Origin: Opitutaceae bacterium
GTDB taxonomy: Bacteria; Verrucomicrobiota; Verrucomicrobiia; Opitutales; Opitutaceae
Length of the DNA stretch: 31,628 bases
Direction of reading: 5' to 3'
Assembly (NCBI GenBank): GCA_035499715.1
Contig: DATJYF010000223.1
Location: 1 to 31,628, forward strand
A program made the position numbers and the translations under genes. The notes under the pieces are model-generated. The model was not told where the DNA came from. It did not search any database and saw nothing but the letters and a program-made list of their open reading frames with translations. Positions 8,594 through 16,134 of this stretch are shown in pieces (within the stretch, counting starts at the first letter, position 1; every line of letters starts with the position of its first letter).

Positions 8594-9588
8594 GTCCGGC
8601 TCTTGTCACCGGCGGCACCGGCTTTCTCGGCCGACGGCTGGTAGAGCGCCTGCTCGCGCAGGGCCGCGCCGTCATTGTGCTGGCCCGCCGGCCCGCGCCG
8701 GATTTCGCGGCGTTGGGCGTACATTTCATTTCCGCCGACCTGGCCGACGCCGGCGCCGTGAAGGCCGCCTGCACGGGCGTGGCAACCATTTTTCATACCG
8801 CCGCCAAGGTCGGCGTGTGGGGTCGATACGATGATTTTTATCGCATCAATGTGCTGGGCACCCGGGCGCTGCTCGACGGCGGCCGCACCCACGGAGTGAA
8901 ACAGTTTGTCCACACCAGCACGCCGAGCGTGGTTTACAACGGGCGCGATCTCGCCGGCGCGGATGAGTCGCTCCCGCTCACGACCCGATGCCCGGCGGCT
9001 TATCCGCTGACCAAGGCCATGGCCGAAAAAGAAGTGCTCGCGGCCAATTCCGCGGCGCTGCACACCGTCGCGCTGCGGCCGCATTTGATCTGGGGTCCGG
9101 GCGATCCCCACCTTGTGCCGCGACTGCTCGCCCGGGCCCGCGCCGGCCGGCTGCGGATCGTCGGCGACGGCAAAAACCGGGTCGACATGGTGCAGGTCGA
9201 CAATGCCGTCGACGCGCATCTTGCGGCGGAGCAGGCGCTGCGCTCCTCGCCGGCTTCAGCCGCGGCGGGCCGGGCTTATTTCATCACCAACGGCGAGCCG
9301 ATCATGCTTTGGGACTGGATCAACGGTCTGCTCACGGCGGTCGGACTGACGCCGGTGACAAAAAAAATTCCACTCCGCGCCGCCACGATGCTCGGCGCGG
9401 CCTGCGAGCTGGCCTGGCGCGCCCTGCCGCTGCGCGGCGAACCGCCGATGACGCGTTTCGTCGCCGCAGAACTGGCGAAAGACCATTGGTTCAATATCGG
9501 CGCGGCACGGCGCGACCTGGGTTACGCGCCGCGGGTGAGCATGGCCGAGGGCACGGCGGAGCTTGTCCGCTCGCTCAATTATTTTTAA
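8590..9588 (+). CDS. NAD(P)-dependent epimerase/3-beta-hydroxysteroid dehydrogenase family protein, OleD-like
   Basis: MGPALVTGGTGFLG is the Rossmann GxxGxxG motif and YPLTKAMAEK is the catalytic YxxxK. The internal ATG at 8590 was chosen because the upstream part of the track ORF (from 8413) overlaps the previous gene and the repeat element. Confidence 0.85.
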   Translation: MGPALVTGGTGFLGRRLVERLLAQGRAVIVLARRPAPDFAALGVHFISADLADAGAVKAACTGVATIFHTAAKVGVWGRYDDFYRINVLGTRALLDGGRTHGVKQFVHTSTPSVVYNGRDLAGADESLPLTTRCPAAYPLTKAMAEKEVLAANSAALHTVALRPHLIWGPGDPHLVPRLLARARAGRLRIVGDGKNRVDMVQVDNAVDAHLAAEQALRSSPASAAAGRAYFITNGEPIMLWDWINGLLTAVGLTPVTKKIPLRAATMLGAACELAWRALPLRGEPPMTRFVAAELAKDHWFNIGAARRDLGYAPRVSMAEGTAELVRSLNYF

Positions 9589-9609
9589 TGCCGGGCAGCC
9601 GGCTGGCAG

Positions 9610-9636
9610 TTTTGTAATATAATCCGTTACAAAATT
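9610..9636. repeat. AT-rich palindromic motif, copy 1 (TTTTGTAATATAATCCGTTACAAAATT)
   Basis: The inverted half-sites TTTTGTAA / TTACAAAA flank TATAATCCG. It lies between convergent genes (OleD-like stop 9588, TrmH-like stop 9691) and is preceded by a short GC hairpin, GCCGG-GCAG-CCGGC. Confidence 0.75.
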
Positions 9637-9690
9637 ACCGTAAGCATGGCCGGAAAAATGGGAAGGGCAGATCCAGGCGGTGGGAAAATG

Positions 9691-10515
9691 TCACGCACTC
9701 CCGCGCTGGCGCACGGCCTCGAAAAGCGTGATGATCGTGGCCATCGCGACGTTGAGCGAATCGGCCTGGCCGGCCATGGGAATGCGCACACGCAGGTCGG
9801 CATGTTTCAGCCAGAATTCGCTCAGTCCGTACTGCTCGCTGCCCATCACGACGGCGATCGGCCCGCGCAGATCCGCCGCGGTGTAAAGCTGGTCGGCCGC
9901 CGGCGTGGTGGCCACGGCGGGGATTTTATTTTGCTTCAGCCAGTCGTGCACCGCTGCGCTTTCGGCCACGACCAGCGGCACGGCGAAAAGCACGCCGGTC
10001 GACGCGCGCACCACATTCGGGTTGAAAATGTCCGTCACCGGATCGCAGACGATGACCGCATGGCAGCCGGCGGCGTCGGCGCTGCGGAGGATGGTGCCGA
10101 GATTGCCGGGCTTTTCGATCGCCTCGACTACGAGCAGAAACGGCGACGGCGGCAGGACGAGATCGGCCAGCGCGTGGCGCCATTGCGGCGCGATCGCGAG
10201 CAGGCCGTCCGGGCGCTCGCGGTAGGCGGCCTTGGCAAAAACATTTTTCGGCAGTTCAAACAGCTGGGCGCCGGCCGCCTCCGCCTGCGCCAGCAGCGCC
10301 GGCTCGTTTTCGCCCAGAAACCAGTCCGGCGAGTAATACAATTCGCGCAGCGGCACCTTTTTTTCGAGCGCGCGGCGGATTTCCCGGTAACCCTCGACCA
10401 GGAATACGCCCGCTTCGTCGCGCGGGCGGCGGTCGCGCAGCTTCACGAGCTGTTTCACGCGCGGATTTTGCAGGCTGGTGATTTTCTCCGGTGGCACGGC
10501 AGGTTTATGAACCAC
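9691..10515 (-). CDS. TrmH/SpoU-family RNA 2'-O-methyltransferase (RlmB-like)
   Basis: ITSLQNPRVKQLVKL at the N-terminus, then the SpoU motifs IEKPGNLGTILRSADAAG, NPNVVRASTG, VVMGSEQYGLS and RIPMAGQADSLNVAMATII. GTG start at 10513-10515; alternative GTG at 10495-10497. Confidence 0.88.
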   Translation of the reverse strand: MVHKPAVPPEKITSLQNPRVKQLVKLRDRRPRDEAGVFLVEGYREIRRALEKKVPLRELYYSPDWFLGENEPALLAQAEAAGAQLFELPKNVFAKAAYRERPDGLLAIAPQWRHALADLVLPPSPFLLVVEAIEKPGNLGTILRSADAAGCHAVIVCDPVTDIFNPNVVRASTGVLFAVPLVVAESAAVHDWLKQNKIPAVATTPAADQLYTAADLRGPIAVVMGSEQYGLSEFWLKHADLRVRIPMAGQADSLNVAMATIITLFEAVRQRGSA

Positions 10516-10587
10516 AAAGGCACGGAGGACACGGAGAAATTATGCTTTCGATAAAAACATTTCTCTGTGTCCTCTGTATCCTTGTGG
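10512..10587. repeat. 76-bp imperfect palindromic (hairpin) element between divergent methyltransferase genes
   Basis: The left arm is CCACAAAGGCACGGAGGACACGGAGAAAT (10512-10540), the loop is 18 nt, and the right arm is ATTTCTCTGTGTCCTCTGTATCCTTGTGG (10559-10587). Of 29 stem positions, 24 are Watson-Crick pairs, 3 are G-U compatible and 2 are mismatches (hand alignment). The arms contain an internal ACGGAG duplication. Confidence 0.85.
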
Positions 10588-11840
10588 CCAAGAAAAAATT
10601 CAACGATCGTCCCTTCGCCTATCACGAGGAAATCGAGCTGGAGATTTCCACCCTGACCAACCTCGGACTGGGGCTGGGCCGGGTGTCGGCGGCCGGGGTG
10701 GAAAACTGGGTGGTGATGGTGCCGTTCGGCCTGCCCGGCGAGCGGGTGCGCGTCCGGGTATATCGCAACCACAAGAATTTTTCCGAGGCGGACCTCATCG
10801 AAGTCCGGCAGCCTGCGCCGCAGCGCGTGGCGCCGCGTTGCGCGCTGTTCGGCCGGTGCGGCGGCTGCCAGTACCAGCATCTGGCCTACGCCGCGCAGCT
10901 CGGCTGGAAGCGCCGCCAGGTGGCGGAATTGCTCGAGCACCTTGCCGGCGTGCGGTTTGAAGTTTCGCCGGTTATCGGCTCGCCGCGCGAATTCGGCTAC
11001 CGCTCGAAGATCACGCCGCATTTCGCCACGCCGCGTGCCGACCGGGAACCGGCCATCGGTTTTTTGCGGCAGGGCACGCGTTTTGACATCGTCGACGTGC
11101 CGCGCTGCGAAATCGCGACCGACGCGATCAACGAAAAACTGGCCGCCGTGCGCGCGGAGGTGCGCGCGGAAGCGGCGCGGGGCGGATTTTCGCGCGGCGC
11201 CACCCTGCTGCTGCGCGAGGCCGGCGGCGTGGTCACGACCGATTATGACGCGGTCATCACCGAGAATGTCGGCGGCCTGAAACTGCGTTTTCTGGCGCGG
11301 GATTTTTTCCAGAACAATCCATCCATCCTGCCGGACTTCGCCGCCTACGTGCGCAGGCAGGCCGCCGCGGGCGGTGCGCGGTTCCTGGTGGACGCTTATT
11401 GCGGCAGCGGACTTTTCGCGCTCACGGCGGCGGGTGCGTTCGAACGCGTGACCGGCGTGGAGATCAGCGAAACCAGCGTCGGTTTTGCCCGTGAAAACGC
11501 GGTGGCCAACGGCATCGCGAATGCCGCCTTTCAGACCGGCGAAGCCGGCACGATTTTCGCCGGGCTCGATTTTCCGCCGGCCGGGACGGCGGTCGTGATC
11601 GACCCGCCGCGCAAGGGCTGCGACGAGAATTTCTTGCAGCAGCTCCTGGCCTTCGCGCCCTGCACGGTGGTTTACGTCTCCTGCGATCCAGCCACACAGA
11701 TGCGCGACCTCCGGCATTTTCTCGCCGCCGGCTACAGCCTCCGCGCGGTGCAGCCGTTCGATCTTTTTCCGCAGACCCGCCATCTGGAATGCGTGATCAC
11801 GCTGCAGCGCACGGCCGCACCAGCCGGTCCGCCTTTGTAA
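10584..11840 (+). CDS. RlmD/RumA/TrmA-family RNA (uracil-C5)-methyltransferase with TRAM domain and 4Fe-4S cysteines
   Basis: TRAM-like IELEISTLTNLGLGLGRV...RVRVRVYR; Cys cluster CALFGRCGGCQYQH plus VPRCEI; SAM motif VDAYCGSGLF; DPPRKG; catalytic YVSCDPAT. The start is uncertain: GTG 10584 is preferred, ATG 10542 lies in the loop of the palindromic element, and the track start is 10491. Confidence 0.85.
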   Translation: MAKKKFNDRPFAYHEEIELEISTLTNLGLGLGRVSAAGVENWVVMVPFGLPGERVRVRVYRNHKNFSEADLIEVRQPAPQRVAPRCALFGRCGGCQYQHLAYAAQLGWKRRQVAELLEHLAGVRFEVSPVIGSPREFGYRSKITPHFATPRADREPAIGFLRQGTRFDIVDVPRCEIATDAINEKLAAVRAEVRAEAARGGFSRGATLLLREAGGVVTTDYDAVITENVGGLKLRFLARDFFQNNPSILPDFAAYVRRQAAAGGARFLVDAYCGSGLFALTAAGAFERVTGVEISETSVGFARENAVANGIANAAFQTGEAGTIFAGLDFPPAGTAVVIDPPRKGCDENFLQQLLAFAPCTVVYVSCDPATQMRDLRHFLAAGYSLRAVQPFDLFPQTRHLECVITLQRTAAPAGPPL

Positions 11841-11856
11841 TATAATACGTTACAAA
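11834..11856. repeat. AT-rich palindromic motif, copy 2 (TTTGTAATATAATACGTTACAAA)
   Basis: 22 of 23 nt are identical to copy 1, in the same orientation of the asymmetric centre. It lies between convergent genes and overlaps the TAA stop (11838-11840) of the RlmD-like gene. Confidence 0.75.
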
Positions 11857-11879
11857 TCCAGGCAGGCGCTGGCTTGAAT

Positions 11880-12581
11880 TCAGCGCGATTCCATCCACTC
11901 CGGCGAGGAATAGTGCTCGATCAGCGCCTCAACCTCGCCGTCGGCAAACTCGGGCCAGGGCGACGGCTGCAATTCCACGCCGAGCGCGCCGGCAAGGCCG
12001 GCGGCAAATTTCTCCGCGAAGGCGTCCCAGTCCAGCGGCCCCGCCGCGGGTTTCCAGATCGAGCCCTGCATGAGCAGGCCGTGCTTGTTGCGTTTCTGCG
12101 CGGCGCCGGCGACCTTCGCCCCGGTGCGTTCATGGAGCACGTCGTAGATTTCGGGTTTTTGGAAGCACACCCCGGGCAGGCTGCCGGCGTTTTCGTCGCG
12201 GTGCTCCTTCAGCGCGACGGGCGCGCCCAGCGCCCGGAACGCCTCGGCCATGACGGCATGCACCACGCGATAGGACTGGGTGGCGCGTTCGGCTTCGAGC
12301 GGATGGCCGCGCGGGATGACGAGGGTATAGGTCCAGTCTTCGCGGTGGTCGACGACGCCGCCGCCGGTCGGCCGCCGGCAGAGATCGAAATGGCCGGCGG
12401 GAAGTTGCGCGCGCACGAAATCGAGCGGCTGGCTCAGGCCGAAGGTGAAGGCCGGCGACCGCCATTCGTAATGCCGGAAACGCGCCGCGGCCGCCTGCGG
12501 GTAACGTTGCAACAGCAGAAAATCCAGCGCCATGTTTTCGGCCGCGCCGCCGGTGCGCGTGGGCAGGAGGTGCAGGATCAT
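11880..12581 (-). CDS. Biotin/lipoate A/B protein ligase family protein (LplA-like)
   Basis: CFQKPEIYDVL...GAKVAGAAQKRNKHGLLMQGSI has the conserved Lys-containing core of the BPL_LplA_LipB fold. Its ATG overlaps the stop of the upstream cyclase gene (ATGA at 12578-12581). Confidence 0.8.
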   Translation of the reverse strand: MILHLLPTRTGGAAENMALDFLLLQRYPQAAAARFRHYEWRSPAFTFGLSQPLDFVRAQLPAGHFDLCRRPTGGGVVDHREDWTYTLVIPRGHPLEAERATQSYRVVHAVMAEAFRALGAPVALKEHRDENAGSLPGVCFQKPEIYDVLHERTGAKVAGAAQKRNKHGLLMQGSIWKPAAGPLDWDAFAEKFAAGLAGALGVELQPSPWPEFADGEVEALIEHYSSPEWMESR

Positions 12582-13885
12582 TTTTTGTTTGCCCGCCCGC
12601 CTGCGCCCAAGGGCTGCAACTCCAGCTCCATCTCGGAAAGATTGTTGAAGCGGGCAAAGGTGGAGGCGCCGAGCAGCACGTCGTTGGGCACGGCCGGCTC
12701 GTTTTTGATCACCGCCAGCAGAAGCAGCCCGAAGAACGGCGGCTTCAAATCGGGCAGGTTCCGGGCGGCCGGCACGCCGTTGGTCACGATCATGATTTTT
12801 CCCGATGGCCCGCCATAGACCCTGTAGTCCTCCTCGCCCTTGCCGCCGAAACGGGGGACGATCAGCGGATGGGCGGCGGTGTAATGCGTAATGCGCTCGA
12901 GAAACCAGGTTTTCATTTCCGCCAGGTGTTCGACGCTCCGGCGGAATTGCAGCGGATAGGGCGCGTTCACCTTCACTTTTCCGGCCTGCATGTCCTGCAA
13001 GAGGCCGTCGAAATCATAGCGGAGCAGATACGGCTCGCGAATTTCCTGGAGAAATTCGCGGCGCGGGGCCGGGTTCTGGGGATTGCGCTCCGCGGCGGGA
13101 ACGCCGGTCGTGGCGGATTTTTCCCCCGGCGCGGGGTTCACCGGTGATGGCGGGACCGGCGGCGGCACGGAGGCGGATGGCGCGGGCGGGGCGGGCGCAG
13201 CGGCCGGCTTTTTGCGGGCGTGCACGACCACGCCGCCGACGGTCGCAAGCGCAACGAGGGCGAGCGCGAGCGCCGGCAACAGCCAGCGGGACGGCTTTTT
13301 CGCCGGCGCGGAGGGCGCGGCCGCGGGCTGGTCCGTCTGCGCCTCGAGCAGGAGGCGGTAGATCGGCACGGCTTGGGCGATGTTTTTCAACTCGCGCGCA
13401 CCGAGGTAAGCGGCCTGCAGCTCGAGTTTGTTTTTCACGACGTCATAAACCGTCTGTGAGATGCAAATGCCTCCGGGTTCAGCCTCGGCCTGGAGACGCG
13501 CGGCGATGTTGACGCCGTCGCCCATGATGTCCTGTTCCTGCACGAGCACGTCGCCGAGATGAATGCCGATGCGGTGTTGCAGCACGTCGGCGGGCGGAAG
13601 GGATTTTTCCTGGGCGGCAAAATGCCGCTGCATGTCGAGCGCGCAGGCCACGGCCTCGACCGCGCTGGCGAAATAGCAGAGCAGGCCGTCGCCGGTGGTC
13701 TTGAGGACGGCGCCGCCGCGGGCGGTGCAGAGCCGGCGCATTTCGGCGAAGTCGCGGTTGACGAGGGCGAGGGTTTTCATCTCATCGCGCTGCATCCGGG
13801 CGGAAAACGACACGGCGTCGGTGAAAACGATGGCGGCGAGCGTGCGCGAGCCCAGGCGTCCGAATGGAGGCTGCGAAATTTCCAT
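12578..13885 (-). CDS. Class III adenylate/guanylate cyclase, N-terminal catalytic domain, one TM helix, C-terminal domain of unknown function
   Basis: AAIVFTDAVSFS and LKTTGDGLLCYF hold the metal-binding Asp residues and the Lys; GDGVNIAARL holds Asn and Arg. The TM segment is WLLPALALALVALATVGGVVV, followed by a Pro-rich linker and about 190 aa of unknown domain. Confidence 0.85.
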   Translation of the reverse strand: MEISQPPFGRLGSRTLAAIVFTDAVSFSARMQRDEMKTLALVNRDFAEMRRLCTARGGAVLKTTGDGLLCYFASAVEAVACALDMQRHFAAQEKSLPPADVLQHRIGIHLGDVLVQEQDIMGDGVNIAARLQAEAEPGGICISQTVYDVVKNKLELQAAYLGARELKNIAQAVPIYRLLLEAQTDQPAAAPSAPAKKPSRWLLPALALALVALATVGGVVVHARKKPAAAPAPPAPSASVPPPVPPSPVNPAPGEKSATTGVPAAERNPQNPAPRREFLQEIREPYLLRYDFDGLLQDMQAGKVKVNAPYPLQFRRSVEHLAEMKTWFLERITHYTAAHPLIVPRFGGKGEEDYRVYGGPSGKIMIVTNGVPAARNLPDLKPPFFGLLLLAVIKNEPAVPNDVLLGASTFARFNNLSEMELELQPLGAGGRANKK

Positions 13886-13946
13886 GAAAGAGGCGGCCGG
13901 AAGGCTAAGCGTCGCCGCCGCGGCGGGGCAATGCGATTAACGCCGC

Positions 13947-14459
13947 CTAAGTGCGCTCCGGCGGTGCGCCGAACAGCGCCGGATCGACGTGCCAGAGGGC
14001 GTGCCAGCGGCGGCGGCCGGATTTCTTGTGCACGCCGCCGGCCGGTTCGAAGGCGAGGACGGCGCCCTTTTTGACCTCGAATCCCACCGGGCGAAGCTTG
14101 CCCCGCACGAGCAGGGTGGCGAGCGCGCTCAGATGCGGCTCGTGGCCGACCAGCGCGAGATTCATGCTTGTATCCATTTCCTCGATGCGCGTGACGATCT
14201 CGACCGGATCATCCTCGGGCAGCAGTCCCGGCGTTTCGACCAGCGCGGCGTCGAGCTTGAGGCCCTCGGCGAGCAGGCGGGCGGTTTCCAGCGAGCGGGC
14301 GAGCGGACTGTGCCAGAATTGGGCGGGCCGCAGGGCGTTGTTGCGCTGGAAGAACGCCACCAGGCGGCCGCACTCGGCGCGGCCGCGCGCGCTGAGCGGG
14401 CGGAGGGAATTTTCCTGTTCGGCGACGGCGTCGGCGTGGCGGATCAGATAAAGTTGCAC
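13947..14459 (-). CDS. sixA: Phosphohistidine phosphatase SixA
   Basis: VQLYLIRHADA is the RH(A/G) motif; LALVGHEPHLS holds the second catalytic His. About 170 aa from the GTG at 14457-14459. The track start at 14600 overlaps the kinase gene and reads as junk. Confidence 0.8.
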   Translation of the reverse strand: MQLYLIRHADAVAEQENSLRPLSARGRAECGRLVAFFQRNNALRPAQFWHSPLARSLETARLLAEGLKLDAALVETPGLLPEDDPVEIVTRIEEMDTSMNLALVGHEPHLSALATLLVRGKLRPVGFEVKKGAVLAFEPAGGVHKKSGRRRWHALWHVDPALFGAPPERT

Positions 14460-14504
14460 GCGGTGTTTTTGGCGGAGGCGGCGCCCGCCGTCGAGTTTAG
14501 AGGA

Positions 14505-14544
14505 GGGGAAAACACGGGCCGGCGGGCGGCCCCTTTCGCCCGCC
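14505..14544 (-). terminator. Possible intrinsic terminator or attenuator between the hybrid kinase gene and sixA
   Basis: The minus-strand RNA after the TAG stop reads GGCGGGC-GAAAGGGGCC-GCCCGCC. An alternative fold is GGGCC-GCCCGCC-GGCCC followed by GUGUUUUCCCC. The U-tract is short and imperfect. Confidence 0.35.
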
Positions 14545-16119
14545 CTAGGGGTTGGCGTCCAGCAGCGTGCGGATGGCGCGCAGGAGCACGCTGAGCTCAA
14601 AAGGCTTGGCCAGGCAGGTCTGGTGTTCGCCCGGGAGCCAGGTGAGCGGTTGCAGGGAAGAGCGACCGGTGTCGATCAGGCGCAGGCCGGGCCGGACGAC
14701 GTGGAGGGCGCGGGCCAGTTTTTCATTTTCTCCGGCCGGATCGCCCAGCTGGACAACGAGCAGATGAATCGGGCCGCGGCGGCGCGCCTCGCGGAGCGCT
14801 TCGCCGGCGCGCCGGGCGGCGAGCACCTTGTAGCCGTCGGCGGTGAGGATGCCGGCGACCATTTTGCGCACGACGTCGTCCTCCTCGACGAGCAGCACGG
14901 TCTCGCGTCCGCGGGTGGCGGGGAGCGAGGGCAGACCGTTGGAAAGATTGGCCGCGCGCTCGCGCACGGCGGGGAGGAAAATTTCAAACGTGGTGCCGAC
15001 GCCGGGCGCGCTGTGGACCTGGAGGTAGCCGCCGCTTTGCTGCACCACGCCGTAGACCATGGCCAGGCCGAGGCCGGTGCCCTTGCCGGCCTCCTTGGTG
15101 GTGAAAAACGGCTCGAACAGCTGGGCCTGGGTGGTGGCGTCCATGCCGATGCCGTTGTCGCTGACGGCGAGCAGGACGTAGCGGCCGGGCGGGGTGTCGG
15201 TGACGCGGCGGTTCATGCCGTGCTTGATTTCGCGCAAGACGGTGCTGATGGTGACGCCGCCGTGCCGGCGGAGGGCATCGCGGGCGTTGAGGGTGAGATT
15301 GAGCAGCACTTGCTGTAGCTGGGCGGGATCGGCGCGGACATTGGGCAGGCCGGGGGCGAGATCGAGGTGAAGCCGGCCGGAGGCGCCGAGGAAGCGGCCG
15401 AGGATGGCGGCGTGGTCCCGCACCAGGCGGTTGAGGTTGATCACGTGCGGGTGCAGCTCCTGGCGGCGGCTGAAGGCGAGAAGCTGGCGCACGAGCACGG
15501 CGGCCTTCTGGCCGGCGGCATGAATCTCATGAACCTCGCGGCGCGAGGGGTCGTGGGCGGGCAGGCGCGCGGCGAGGATTTCGCAGTAGCCGTTGATGAC
15601 CGAAAGCAGGTTGTTGAAGTCATGGGCGACGCCGCCGGCCAGGCGCCCGACGGCGTCGAGGCGCTGCGAGTGGACCAGCGCCTCCTGCAAGCGGCGCTTG
15701 TCCGTCATGTCGCGGTAGGTGCCGACGATGTGCGTGGCGCGGCGGCGGGCATCGAACAACGGACTGAAATTCCACGCGGCATAGACCGGGGCGCCGGACT
15801 TGCAGGCCAGGTAGCCTTCGCCGGAGAGCACGGCGCCGGGCTCGAAATTTCTGAGCCAGGGACGCAGGCGAACGAGCATGGTGGCGGCATCGGCGTGGAA
15901 AAACGCATGCCCCCGGCCGACCAGCTCGGCCGAACCATAGCCGGTCATCTCGCACAAACGGCCGTTGGCAAAAAGGAGGGGCAGGCCGCTGGCGCGGAGC
16001 CTGGGTTCCGCCAGGAAAACCCCCTCGCCCAGCCCGCGCAATGCGGTGGCGAGCAGCGCGGCGGCGGCGCGGGCGGCCTTGGGGCGGGGCTTCGTCTGAC
16101 CGGGCGGCTTTTTTCGCAT
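14545..16119 (-). CDS. Cytoplasmic hybrid sensor histidine kinase (PAS, HisKA, HATPase_c, receiver-like domain)
   Basis: H-box GGVAHDFNNLL, N-box LNLTLNARDA, G-boxes SDNGIGM and GTGLGLA. The C-terminal receiver-like region has VLLVEEDD, HLLVVQLGDP and CLAKPF. No TM segment seen. Confidence 0.9.
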   Translation of the reverse strand: MRKKPPGQTKPRPKAARAAAALLATALRGLGEGVFLAEPRLRASGLPLLFANGRLCEMTGYGSAELVGRGHAFFHADAATMLVRLRPWLRNFEPGAVLSGEGYLACKSGAPVYAAWNFSPLFDARRRATHIVGTYRDMTDKRRLQEALVHSQRLDAVGRLAGGVAHDFNNLLSVINGYCEILAARLPAHDPSRREVHEIHAAGQKAAVLVRQLLAFSRRQELHPHVINLNRLVRDHAAILGRFLGASGRLHLDLAPGLPNVRADPAQLQQVLLNLTLNARDALRRHGGVTISTVLREIKHGMNRRVTDTPPGRYVLLAVSDNGIGMDATTQAQLFEPFFTTKEAGKGTGLGLAMVYGVVQQSGGYLQVHSAPGVGTTFEIFLPAVRERAANLSNGLPSLPATRGRETVLLVEEDDVVRKMVAGILTADGYKVLAARRAGEALREARRRGPIHLLVVQLGDPAGENEKLARALHVVRPGLRLIDTGRSSLQPLTWLPGEHQTCLAKPFELSVLLRAIRTLLDANP

Positions 16120-16134
16120 GGGGCGGACGCGGGC

